Assembly: GCA_050014195.1 (NCBI GenBank)
Contig: JBEKDT010000006.1
Span: 128,001-192,000 of the forward strand
Source: Desulfomonilia bacterium
GTDB taxonomy: Bacteria > Desulfobacterota > Desulfomonilia > UBA1062
DNA: 64,000 bases
Direction: 5' to 3'
This document shows positions 49,641 through 58,931 of the stretch, piece by piece. The notes under the pieces are model-generated. The model saw only the letters and a list, made by a program, of their open reading frames with translations. It made no database searches and was not told the DNA's origin. Positions within the stretch are counted from its first letter, which is position 1; every line of letters starts with the position of its first letter. The translations under genes were made by a program, and so were the position numbers.

Positions 49641-51386
49641 ATGGCAGAGCCTGAGAAGAAGAGACTCAAAAAAAAGATCCTCGTCGTGGATGACGAGGAA
49701 AGCATCAGGTTCACCTTCTCCCACTTCCTGAAGGAAGAGGGGTATGATGTCGTCACCGCATCGGACCTCAAGAGCGCCCGGAGGATCCTGTTCCACACCC
49801 AGGTGGACCTCATCTTCATCGATATTGTGCTCGGAGGAGAATCTGGTCTGGACTTGCTCAAGCAGGTGAAGTCGCTGCATCTGAAGCATCCTGTGATCAT
49901 GATAACGGGGAATCCTACCTTGGACAATGCGACCGATGCGCTCAGGCTCGGGGCCTTTGATTTCCTGCTAAAGCCTGTGCGGAAGGACGATCTGCTGAGG
50001 GCAGTCTCCCTGGCCATCAGTCACAAGGCTCTCATCGATGAGAAAGAGCTTGTCACGAGGGAGAAGGAGAAATACCGCACGAACCTGGAGGCGATCTTCC
50101 AGAGTGTGAACGAAGTGATCATAACGGTTGATGAGGACATGCACGTGATCGATGCCAACAGACATATCGAGACCATCTGCAGCATATCCATCAAAAAAAT
50201 CACCGGGCAGGCCTTTGATGATTGTTTCACGAAATGCAGCCACAACTGCTCCAAGGTGATAAGGGAAACCCTGAAACAGAAAAAGCCCATACGGGAGCTC
50301 CGGATGGAATGCGAGCACTATGACCGGCCCCGGCAGGTGGTGCTGCTCTCATGTTCCCCCCTGATGGACGATGAAGGTGCATACATGGGGGCTGTTCTTG
50401 TAATCCGTGATATCACCAAGCTCCACGATCTCGAGGAGGAGCTGAGAGGCAGGAGCAAGTTCCAAAACATTATAGGAAAAAGCAAGAAAGTTCAGAATAT
50501 CTTCAAACTTGTCGAGGCCCTCTCGGATCTCGGGACCACGGTTCTCATAACCGGCGAGAGCGGGACCGGCAAGGAGCTTGTGGCAAACGCCCTTCATTAT
50601 TCGGGAAAGAGGGCGGGAAAACCCTTCGTGAAGGTGAACTGTGCAGCACTGGCCGAGAACCTGCTCGAGAGCGAGCTCTTCGGACACGCCAGGGGGGCGT
50701 TCACGGGTGCGATAAAGGACAAGCAGGGCCGATTCGAACTGGCAAAGGATGGCACCATTTTACTGGATGAGATCGGAGACATTCCACCGCGCATCCAGTC
50801 CAAGCTCCTGCGGGTCCTTGAGGCAAAGACCTACGAGCGCGTGGGCGATGCCGCCCCGAAAAAGACCGAGGCCAGGGTCATAGCCAGCACGAACCGCAAC
50901 CTGCGGGAAAAGGTCAAGTCGGGGGAATTCAGGGAAGACCTGTACTACAGGCTCAACGTGGTCGAGATCGAGCTCCCGCCCATGCGGGAGAGACTTGAAG
51001 ACATCCCCCTGCTTGTGGATCATTTCTGCTCCATATTTGAAACTACGTTCAAAAAGTTGATCAACGGCATCTCAGACGAAGTGATGAGGATATTCATCAA
51101 TTACCGCTGGCCCGGAAACGTGAGGGAGCTGGAGCATGCCATAGAGCACGCGTTCGTACTGTGCAACGATCGTGTCATCCTGCCGGAGCACCTCCCTCCA
51201 TACATGCTCGGCTCTGCGCTGAAGACTGGTACTGGGGATAACCAGTCCGGTGGTGAGATGGAGCTCATCCTTGATATCCTGACGCAGACCGACTGGAACA
51301 TCGCCAAGGCCGCGCGTATGCTCTCCATGAGCAGGCCCACCCTGTATCGAAAGATGCGCGAGCATGGTATCGGCAAGCAAGGATAA
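49641..51386 (+). CDS. Sigma-54-dependent activator REC-PAS-AAA+-HTH, paralog B
   Basis: VVDDE receiver, PAS, GESGTGKE, GAFTGA, WPGNVREL, HTH SRPTLY; collinear with 18840-20582. Confidence 0.95.
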   Translation: MAEPEKKRLKKKILVVDDEESIRFTFSHFLKEEGYDVVTASDLKSARRILFHTQVDLIFIDIVLGGESGLDLLKQVKSLHLKHPVIMITGNPTLDNATDALRLGAFDFLLKPVRKDDLLRAVSLAISHKALIDEKELVTREKEKYRTNLEAIFQSVNEVIITVDEDMHVIDANRHIETICSISIKKITGQAFDDCFTKCSHNCSKVIRETLKQKKPIRELRMECEHYDRPRQVVLLSCSPLMDDEGAYMGAVLVIRDITKLHDLEEELRGRSKFQNIIGKSKKVQNIFKLVEALSDLGTTVLITGESGTGKELVANALHYSGKRAGKPFVKVNCAALAENLLESELFGHARGAFTGAIKDKQGRFELAKDGTILLDEIGDIPPRIQSKLLRVLEAKTYERVGDAAPKKTEARVIASTNRNLREKVKSGEFREDLYYRLNVVEIELPPMRERLEDIPLLVDHFCSIFETTFKKLINGISDEVMRIFINYRWPGNVRELEHAIEHAFVLCNDRVILPEHLPPYMLGSALKTGTGDNQSGGEMELILDILTQTDWNIAKAARMLSMSRPTLYRKMREHGIGKQG

Positions 51387-51442
51387 GGCGATTAAGTATG
51401 ATCTCATAGGGGCAATTACATCATAATAAAACACTATAATTA

Positions 51443-51483
51443 TTACACTTGTGTAAATTACACTCGTGTAAAGATTTAACACA
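51443..51483. promoter_or_regulatory. Candidate activator sites (overlapping GTGTAA/TTACAC palindromes), copy B
   Basis: TTACACTTGTGTAAATTACACTCGTGTAAAGATTTAACACA, about 75-115 bp upstream of the -24 element. Confidence 0.55.
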
Positions 51484-51555
51484 TATCGAGTGCATATCCG
51501 CCCTACTGCTTTTGCAACCAACTTAAATCCCGAAAGATATCTCGTCATACCCCTC

Positions 51556-51572
51556 TTGGCACGAAGTTTTCA
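51556..51572 (+). promoter_or_regulatory. Sigma-54 (-24/-12)-like promoter B
   Basis: TTGGCACGAAGTTTTCA (perfect -24, TC at -12), about 70 nt upstream of Trx-like B. Confidence 0.55.
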
Positions 51573-51643
51573 TTAGGAAACTATCAGGAGCCCTTCGGGG
51601 CATTAGTTTCTTAAAGCGATTAATTTTGCCGTGGTGTGGTGAC

Positions 51644-52009
51644 ATGAAGAGAAGAGTGAAACGGGAATATCCCATCAAGCTTATTAAGTACAACGAGTTT
51701 GACCACGAAATCGATTCGGCGGGCAAACCGGTCCTCATGCTGTGCATTCGCAGGGATTACGAGTTCAGCAGCCAGACGGATCTGATCAGGGATGTGCTCG
51801 GCAGGATGGTTCAAGGATTTCCCATAGACCTGAAGGTATGCCTGGTGGACGAAGAGTCCCGGCTGGCGCTCAAAGACAAGCTTGATCTTCAGGGCAGCCC
51901 TGCCTTCCTGCTCTTCGAAAAAGGCGAGGAAAAGAACCGCCTGCTGGGTGTTGCGGACGAGGAGCAGCTCAGGGGCTTTCTCAGCAGCACGCTGGGCTGG
52001 AACTTGTAG
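51644..52009 (+). CDS. Thioredoxin-fold protein lacking CxxC (CIRRD motif), copy B
   Basis: EFDHEIDSAGKPVLMLCIRRD, QGSPAFLLFEKGEEKNRLLG (Trx cis-Pro hairpin pattern). Confidence 0.78.
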   Translation: MKRRVKREYPIKLIKYNEFDHEIDSAGKPVLMLCIRRDYEFSSQTDLIRDVLGRMVQGFPIDLKVCLVDEESRLALKDKLDLQGSPAFLLFEKGEEKNRLLGVADEEQLRGFLSSTLGWNL

Positions 52010-52053
52010 GGGGCGGTTTAAGTTGATTTTCATAGACAGGAGGAGAGAAAGGT

Positions 52054-53313
52054 ATGCCGAACATTGATGATTTTATCAGGCCGAAGGAATGGGTTTCCGA
52101 TTTCGTTACCGACATCGGGAAAGTGTTGAGGGAGTGGGGGAAGGACAAATATTTACCGGTCAGACAGAAGATCGATGAGGATTGGACGCACCACAAGATC
52201 GTCAAACCCCTGTTGAAAGAGGTACTCGTCGATCTTGGGATTAACGCAGCATTTTTCCCGTATGAGGTTGGTGGGACTGATATCCCAGATGCCTGCACGC
52301 TGATCTGCGTTCTTGGTGAGGAGGGGGCGAGGATCGATTCGGGATTCACTGTTGCCTGCCTGTGTTCCGTATGGCCGATGCTGCCAATCATATTGAAACC
52401 TCACCGCAATATGAAACTTCTTGAGGAACTTGGACCGAAATTCTGTAGCTCCGAGCTGTATGTTGGCTGCAATGCCATGACAGAGCCTGCCAGCGGGGCG
52501 GACATTGAGAACATTGACCGGATGCAGGGCAAGACCATTCAGACGACCGCAAAACTCGACGGTGATGAATGGGTGATCAACGGCCATAAGATATGGCCTA
52601 CAAACTCAGGCGACGTGGCAAACCTTTACGGCGTGGTGTGCACCACGAAGAAGGGGTCAAAGGACCTGAATGACTTTGCCTTCATTTACGTGCCCGCTGA
52701 TACAAAAGGGGTCTCGGTCGGAGGTCCTTATCAGAAGGCAGGGATGGCGGCAGACATGAATACTGATATCTGGTTTGATCAAGTGCGTGTGCCGAAGAGG
52801 TATCGCGCGCATGGACCAGGCGATGATCTGAAATATTTCAAAGAGATGATAACCTATGGGAACATGGGGACTGCCGCTATGTGTCTGGGGGTAATGAAGG
52901 GCGTCTATGAGATTATCAAAAAATGGACCACTGAGAGGATCATAGCAGGGAAACCCCTCAAGGAACACAGCATGGTGGCCGCAGCCCTTTCTGATATAGC
53001 CATCAACATCGAGGCAACATCTGCATGGATCCATATGTACGCACGGGAAGTTGATCGCCCAGACATCTATGGAACAAATCCGTGGGATGACACGCTGGTG
53101 CATAAGACACGCGGACTATCCACATTTGCCTGTAAGGCAGTTGAGAAAGTCTGCAGCACAGCCATGGATTACATGGGCTCGTACGGTTACTCGAGAGAAT
53201 TTGATCTTGAGAAGCACTGGAGGGACGGCAAAATGCTGGGACTTTGGATGGGCGGCCTGGGTTTGAAGCAGATGGAGAATGCCAGGTACTGGTATGAGCT
53301 GGAGACGTTGTAG
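52054..53313 (+). CDS. Acyl-CoA dehydrogenase family protein
   Basis: AMTEPASGAD, WVINGHKIWPTN, MGSYGYSREFDLEKHWRD. Confidence 0.93.
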   Translation: MPNIDDFIRPKEWVSDFVTDIGKVLREWGKDKYLPVRQKIDEDWTHHKIVKPLLKEVLVDLGINAAFFPYEVGGTDIPDACTLICVLGEEGARIDSGFTVACLCSVWPMLPIILKPHRNMKLLEELGPKFCSSELYVGCNAMTEPASGADIENIDRMQGKTIQTTAKLDGDEWVINGHKIWPTNSGDVANLYGVVCTTKKGSKDLNDFAFIYVPADTKGVSVGGPYQKAGMAADMNTDIWFDQVRVPKRYRAHGPGDDLKYFKEMITYGNMGTAAMCLGVMKGVYEIIKKWTTERIIAGKPLKEHSMVAAALSDIAINIEATSAWIHMYAREVDRPDIYGTNPWDDTLVHKTRGLSTFACKAVEKVCSTAMDYMGSYGYSREFDLEKHWRDGKMLGLWMGGLGLKQMENARYWYELETL

Positions 53314-53370
53314 GCAAGGGATACAATAACCAGAATTTATGAAAGAAAAAATCAATTAGGAGGTGAACCA

Positions 53371-53793
53371 ATGGCTCTATATCCATCGCAGGAATGGTGT
53401 GATGCATGGAAAAATGCAATGAACAATGATCCGGCATGTGTAGAAAACGGGAAGAATTGGGCCCTGGATTTTCCAGGGGATTTTCTCTTTGAGGTCACCC
53501 CGGGATCAGGGCTGGATAAGACACACTACATATATGCCAACATCAAAGGGGGCAAGTGCCTTGAATTGAAAATGCTCGATAGCCCAGGGGAAATAAAGCC
53601 TGGGTTCTATGTCACAGGCACCTATGGCGACTTTAAACCGGTGGTTAAGGGTGAAAAAGACTTTATAGAAGGCGTTGTTCGGGCGCTTTTCAAACTGAAG
53701 GGGGATATGGGGAAGATCATGCGCAATGCCAAATACATCCGGGCAATGGCAGCTTCCATAAGCTCATTCAAGAACGAGTATCTCGGCGAGTGA
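53371..53793 (+). CDS. SCP2 sterol/lipid-binding domain protein
   Basis: YPSQEW N-terminus and FKLKGDMGKIMR C-terminal pattern. Confidence 0.75.
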   Translation: MALYPSQEWCDAWKNAMNNDPACVENGKNWALDFPGDFLFEVTPGSGLDKTHYIYANIKGGKCLELKMLDSPGEIKPGFYVTGTYGDFKPVVKGEKDFIEGVVRALFKLKGDMGKIMRNAKYIRAMAASISSFKNEYLGE

Positions 53794-53813
53794 GGGCTGG
53801 ATAAGGAGGCCAA

Positions 53814-54176
53814 ATGGGAGAGATCCGCATCATCGGCGATCTCAACGGCCTGGGTGCCACTCTGCTGCCCATTATGGAACAGAACATCGACAACCCGCAG
53901 CGCATGAAGAAGATCAGCAGGATTTCGGGCAGCCTCATGGCGACGGAGAAGAGCACCGGTGTGGCGATCACCATTCTGTTCGATAGAGGGGTGATTTCCA
54001 TCAAGGATGGGGCCATCCCAAACCCCTCGGCTGCACTGTGGACTGATTTCGACACGTTGGCTGCATACAGCTGCGGTGAGCTGAATCCCATCGTGGGTGT
54101 GCTCAAGGGCAGGATAAAGGTAAGGGGAAACCTCCTCAAGCTCCTGAAGATGGTGACCATCGTGCGGGCAGACTAA
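53814..54176 (+). CDS. SCP2-like lipid-binding domain protein
   Basis: GELNPIVGVLKGRIKVRGNL pattern typical of SCP2. Confidence 0.7.
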   Translation: MGEIRIIGDLNGLGATLLPIMEQNIDNPQRMKKISRISGSLMATEKSTGVAITILFDRGVISIKDGAIPNPSAALWTDFDTLAAYSCGELNPIVGVLKGRIKVRGNLLKLLKMVTIVRAD

Positions 54177-54201
54177 CACGATACGGCAAGGGGATAAGGA
54201 C

Positions 54202-56061
54202 ATGTCCGGTTTCATGGGAAAGATTCTCAGGGTAGATCTTACACACAGGAAGGTATCGGAAGAGCCCCTTCCCAGAGGAGATGCCGCCCTCCTCCTGGGA
54301 GGGTGCGGTCTAGCCACCAAGTACCTGTTCCAGGAGCTCAAACCAGGTGTTGACCCGCTCGGACCCGAGAACAAGCTCATCTTCATGTCGGGGCCTTTAA
54401 CCGGGACGCTCTCTCCCAGTTCCGGCAAGTACAATGCCGTCACCAAGTCCCCGCTGACAGGCCTCTGGGGCCAATCGGGCTCGGGTGGGAAGTGGGGCAG
54501 GGAGCTCAAGAGGAGCGGCTTTGACGGCATCATCATCGAGGGGGCCTCCGAAAAACCAGTCTACCTCATCATTGACAATGGCAAAGTTACGTTCAACGAT
54601 GCTTCCGGGCTCTGGGGGAAGAACGTCTTTGACACCACGACGATCCTCGAACAGCAGCTCGGCAAGGGCTTCTGTATCGCCTGCATCGGTACTGGCGGTG
54701 AAAACCTCGTCAAGTATGCCGCCATCATGAACGAGCGCCACCGGGCGTTGGGCCGGGGCGGATTCGGCGCTGTGATGGGCTCCAAGAAGCTCAAGGCCGT
54801 GGCAGTGAAAGGCGAGATGAAGATTCCCATATTCGACCAGGCGGCCTTCGAGGCGGCTGCGAAGGTTGCCTCCGACTTCATCAGCGAAAGCCTCCTCAAG
54901 ATAACGCTCGAGGTGTACGGCACCGCCATGGTGCTCGACCTCGTCAACGTCAAGGGCGGTCTGCCCACGCGCAACTGGCAGGGCGGTGTCTGCGCATATG
55001 CAGACAAGATTAATGCACCGGCCATCAATGATAAGATCCTGGTGGGGAGGAAGGCGTGCTTTGCCTGCCCTATTGCTTGCGGCAGGCACGTGGACATCAA
55101 GACCGGAAAATATGCCATTAAGGGCGAGGGACCGGAGTACGAGAGCATCGGCACCTTCGGGTCCATGTGCGATATCAGTGATATTGAGGCCATCACCTAT
55201 GCCCACATCCTGTGCAACGACCTGGGTCTCGACACGGTCTCGGCGGGCAGTACTATCGCCTTTGCCATGGAGTGCTACGAGAAGGGGATACTCAAGAAGA
55301 AGGACACGGGAGGCAAGGAGATCCTGTTCGGCAATGCGGACACCATGGTTGACCTGGTCCGAAGCATTGCTGCCAGGCAGGGTATAGGCGACCTCCTGGC
55401 CGAGGGTACCAGGCGCATGGCCGCTCAGCTCGGGCATGGCAGCGAGCGGTTCGCCATGAATGTCAAGGGCATGGAGCTGCCCGCCTATGACTGCAGGGCC
55501 ACAAAGATCACCGGCCTGGCGTATGTCACGGCAAACAGGGGCGGCGACCATATAACTGCATACATTCAAGGGCCTACATTTCTGGACATCCCCTTCCTCA
55601 TCGTGGAGGAGAACACCATCGAGGACGCCACAAAGGAAAACCCTCTGGAGGCCAAGGTCGTCAAGGACATGGAAGACGCTCTGACCACCTTCGATGCGCT
55701 GGGTGCCTGCAAGTTCATGGGCATGGCCCTCATGGCCGACGATCTCTTGCCCGTGATCAACGCCGCCACGGGCTGGAACCTCGATGTGGCCGGGTTCAGG
55801 CGTTCGGGTGAGCGGATCTTCAACCTGGCCCGTATGTTCAACATACGGGAGGGAATGAGGAGGAAAGATGACACCCTGCCGGCCAGGCTGCTCGAAGAAC
55901 CACTGCCCGACGGCCCTGCAGCAGGGCTTACCGTTGACCTCGATCCGCTGCTTGACGCCTACTACGAATTCAGGGGTTGGGACATGCAGACAGGGATACC
56001 CACAAGAGAGAAGCTTCGCGAACTGGAATTGGATTTTGTGATCGACGAGTTGGGAGACTGA
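54202..56061 (+). CDS. Aldehyde:ferredoxin oxidoreductase (tungstopterin, AOR family)
   Basis: GKILRVDL, KSPLTG, GRGGFGAVMGSKKLKA, CFACPIAC, GPEYE, DLGLD, YYEFRGW. Confidence 0.95.
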   Translation: MSGFMGKILRVDLTHRKVSEEPLPRGDAALLLGGCGLATKYLFQELKPGVDPLGPENKLIFMSGPLTGTLSPSSGKYNAVTKSPLTGLWGQSGSGGKWGRELKRSGFDGIIIEGASEKPVYLIIDNGKVTFNDASGLWGKNVFDTTTILEQQLGKGFCIACIGTGGENLVKYAAIMNERHRALGRGGFGAVMGSKKLKAVAVKGEMKIPIFDQAAFEAAAKVASDFISESLLKITLEVYGTAMVLDLVNVKGGLPTRNWQGGVCAYADKINAPAINDKILVGRKACFACPIACGRHVDIKTGKYAIKGEGPEYESIGTFGSMCDISDIEAITYAHILCNDLGLDTVSAGSTIAFAMECYEKGILKKKDTGGKEILFGNADTMVDLVRSIAARQGIGDLLAEGTRRMAAQLGHGSERFAMNVKGMELPAYDCRATKITGLAYVTANRGGDHITAYIQGPTFLDIPFLIVEENTIEDATKENPLEAKVVKDMEDALTTFDALGACKFMGMALMADDLLPVINAATGWNLDVAGFRRSGERIFNLARMFNIREGMRRKDDTLPARLLEEPLPDGPAAGLTVDLDPLLDAYYEFRGWDMQTGIPTREKLRELELDFVIDELGD

Positions 56062-56064
56062 AGA

Positions 56065-57750
56065 ATGAGTGAAAACAGCAAGAGACCATGGATCAAGAAC
56101 TACAAGCTCGGACCGTTCGCCCTGGCGGACACCATGGCACCGTATCCGGTGGTGTCGCTCAGTGCCATCTTCGATGAGACAGCTGCAAAATATGCGAAGA
56201 GGGCGGCATGCGAGTATTTGGGCAAGAAATATACCTGGGAGGAGCTGAAGAACCTTGTGGACAGGCTCGCAACCGCCCTGGCAGGCCTCGGCACCGTCAA
56301 GGGGGACAGGGTGGCGACCATCCTGCCCACATCACCCCAGTTCATCATCAGCGATTATGCAATCCTCAGGGCAGGTGCGGTCCACGTGCCGTGCAGCCCG
56401 CTGCACCGCAGCAAGGAGCTCGCTTACGAGATCGGCCAGTCCGGGGCGAAGATCCTCATCTGTCTCGAGGAGTCTCTCGAACTCGTGAGTTCCATACGGG
56501 ATAATACGATACTCGATCACATCATTGTCACCAATGTGCAGGATTTCTCTGCAGACGAGCCGGCCGTCAAGGAGATACCCGGAGTGCTCCAACTCAGGAA
56601 GGTAATTGCAGCCCATGAGCCCATGCGGGCTGCGGTCAGCGTGAATCCGGAGGAGGACCTCGCAGAGCTCGTATTCACCGGCGGCGCCACAGGTGTACCC
56701 AAGGGGGTCATGCTGACGCACTACAACCTGGTCACGAACACGATCCAGGCATTGCCCTGGGTCCTCAAGCCGCTGGAGAAGGGTATCATCGGCAAGGCAT
56801 CCATGCTCATCGGGATACCCACGTTCCACTCCTACGGTCATTGGACCATCAGGGCGTCCGTGTTCTGGGGGCTCCAGATGCTCCTGCTGCCGGACTCGAG
56901 GGACACGGACACCATCGTACACTTTCTAAAGAAGTACCGGCCCTTCATGGCACCCCTGGTCCCCACCCAGTATATGCGGCTCGTGGAGAAGAAGATCGGC
57001 CGGACGAACACGACCTTTGCATCAGGGGCAGCGCCTTTGCCCGAGAAGGTGAGGGCCGATTTCAAGAAGGAGACCGGCATGCCCATCACCGAGGCATACG
57101 GGCTGACCGAGACTAGCCCGGTTACGCACTTCAATGTGTCCAGCTTCTCGAAGATAACTGGTTTCATGCCCTTCGAGAAGGTCGGCTCCATCGGGGTGCC
57201 TGTCGTGGATACCGATGCCAGGGTTGTGGACGAGGCAACGGGGAAGGACCTCGGACCGGGCGAGGTGGGTGAGCTCTACGTGCGCGGACCTCAGGTCATG
57301 ATGGGGTACTGGCCGGAGCCGGGTTCCGGCCTCATTGAAGGCTGGCTCAGGACCGGCGACCTCTGCAGGATGGACGATGACGGGTACTTCTTCCTAGTGG
57401 ACCGCGACAAGGACATGGTGAATGTCTCTGGCAACAAGGTCTACACCACACTCGTCGACACAGTGCTCTTTGAGCACGCGTCCGTGGCCAGTGCTGTAGC
57501 TATCGGGGTTCCCGATCCGGAGCGGGACGGCAGCGAGCGGATCAAGGCGTTCGTGGTCCTGAAGGACAGCTGCAAGGGAACGGTAACGGAGGCGGACATC
57601 ATCGAGCACTGTCGGCAGAATCTGGCGCCGTATGCAGTGCCCAGGACTGTGGAGTTTCGGGACAGCCTTCCCATGACCGTGACGGAGAAACTTTTCAAGA
57701 AGCAGTTGAGAGATGAAGAAATGCGGAAACAGCAGGAAATGAAAGGATAA
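56065..57750 (+). CDS. Acyl-CoA synthetase (AMP-forming, long-chain type)
   Basis: FTGGATGVPKG, YGLTETSP, GEL.VRGPQVM.GY, TGD. Confidence 0.93.
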   Translation: MSENSKRPWIKNYKLGPFALADTMAPYPVVSLSAIFDETAAKYAKRAACEYLGKKYTWEELKNLVDRLATALAGLGTVKGDRVATILPTSPQFIISDYAILRAGAVHVPCSPLHRSKELAYEIGQSGAKILICLEESLELVSSIRDNTILDHIIVTNVQDFSADEPAVKEIPGVLQLRKVIAAHEPMRAAVSVNPEEDLAELVFTGGATGVPKGVMLTHYNLVTNTIQALPWVLKPLEKGIIGKASMLIGIPTFHSYGHWTIRASVFWGLQMLLLPDSRDTDTIVHFLKKYRPFMAPLVPTQYMRLVEKKIGRTNTTFASGAAPLPEKVRADFKKETGMPITEAYGLTETSPVTHFNVSSFSKITGFMPFEKVGSIGVPVVDTDARVVDEATGKDLGPGEVGELYVRGPQVMMGYWPEPGSGLIEGWLRTGDLCRMDDDGYFFLVDRDKDMVNVSGNKVYTTLVDTVLFEHASVASAVAIGVPDPERDGSERIKAFVVLKDSCKGTVTEADIIEHCRQNLAPYAVPRTVEFRDSLPMTVTEKLFKKQLRDEEMRKQQEMKG

Positions 57751-57794
57751 ATCGATTGATGGAGACACCAGGACTAAAAAATGAGGAGGTCAAA

Positions 57795-58928
57795 ATGACA
57801 GCGATAGAAGAGCTGAAGAAATTACCTTCACGCGAAAAGAATCCGTACATAAAGGAATGGAAGGCAGATGGGCGCAAAATCGTCGGTTTCACCTGCCATT
57901 ATGCGCCGAAGGAGATTATTAACGCAGCAGGCATATTTCCTTACCGGCTTGAAGCCCGGGGGACAAAAGAAACAGGACTTGCCGATGTGTACTACCACCG
58001 TTTCAACTGTACGTATTCCCGGTGTATTTTGCAGGAGGGTCTATCCGGCGGATATGATTTCCTTGACGGAGTGTGCTTCTTGAATGGCTGCGAACAGATA
58101 CGGCGGATGTACGAAGTATGGAAAGAAGCCGTTCCGACAACCGATTATCAATACATGGTCACTGTCCCCCACTCGATCTATGATGAGGGCTTTGAATGGT
58201 ATAAGGAGGAGATCTTCAGGTTCAAAGAAGATCTAATGAGTAATTTCTCCGTAAGACTTAACAATAGCGACTTACAGTCAAGTATCGGTGTGTACAACGA
58301 AAGCAAACACCTATTGAAGGAGCTCTATGAGCTGAGAAAGGCCGATAATCCTCCCATCAGCGGTACAGAGGCAATGAAGCTTGTATTTGCTGCTGATATC
58401 ATGCCCAGGGAAAAGTACAATACCCTCCTCAAAAAATCCCTGAAGCAGATCCGATCGCGTGATGGAATTAAGGATTATAAGGCAAGGATCATGGTCGGAG
58501 GTTCCCCATTAGATGATACTCAGCTTATTGAGATCATCGAGAGCCTCGGTGGGATCGTGGTGACAGATACCCTCTGCGGAGGCTCAAGAAACTTCCAGGA
58601 GTTTGTTGAGGTTGAACAGGATGGAGATCCCTTGGCAGCGATTGCCAGGTGCTATTACTATAGTAATCCATGTCCCCGTATGCTTGGTCATTTTGAATCG
58701 CGGCTCCAGTATACGGAAAAAATTGCCAAGGAAGCGAATGTGGACGGCATCATCCTCCAGAGGGTCGTGTTCTGCGACAACCATGCTGTTGATAACACCA
58801 TGTTAGCAGATGAATTGGAACCCAAGGGGATCCCTGTACTCAATCTCGAGAGAGAACATATGCTGACTGATGTGGGGAGAGTGAGAACCAGGATCGAGGC
58901 CTTTATCGAGAGAATTTCAAGGAGGTAG
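57795..58928 (+). CDS. Benzoyl-CoA reductase / 2-hydroxyacyl-CoA dehydratase family subunit (BzdN/BcrC-like)
   Basis: PKEIINAAG, NCTY, NGCE, FCDNH, RTRIEAFIE; GAGGAGG RBS. Confidence 0.85.
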   Translation: MTAIEELKKLPSREKNPYIKEWKADGRKIVGFTCHYAPKEIINAAGIFPYRLEARGTKETGLADVYYHRFNCTYSRCILQEGLSGGYDFLDGVCFLNGCEQIRRMYEVWKEAVPTTDYQYMVTVPHSIYDEGFEWYKEEIFRFKEDLMSNFSVRLNNSDLQSSIGVYNESKHLLKELYELRKADNPPISGTEAMKLVFAADIMPREKYNTLLKKSLKQIRSRDGIKDYKARIMVGGSPLDDTQLIEIIESLGGIVVTDTLCGGSRNFQEFVEVEQDGDPLAAIARCYYYSNPCPRMLGHFESRLQYTEKIAKEANVDGIILQRVVFCDNHAVDNTMLADELEPKGIPVLNLEREHMLTDVGRVRTRIEAFIERISRR

Positions 58929-58931
58929 ACC

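Noticed and set aside
54202-56061. AOR as class II benzoyl-CoA reductase BamB
   Set aside because: Motifs look like generic AOR and no bamC-I genes are adjacent.
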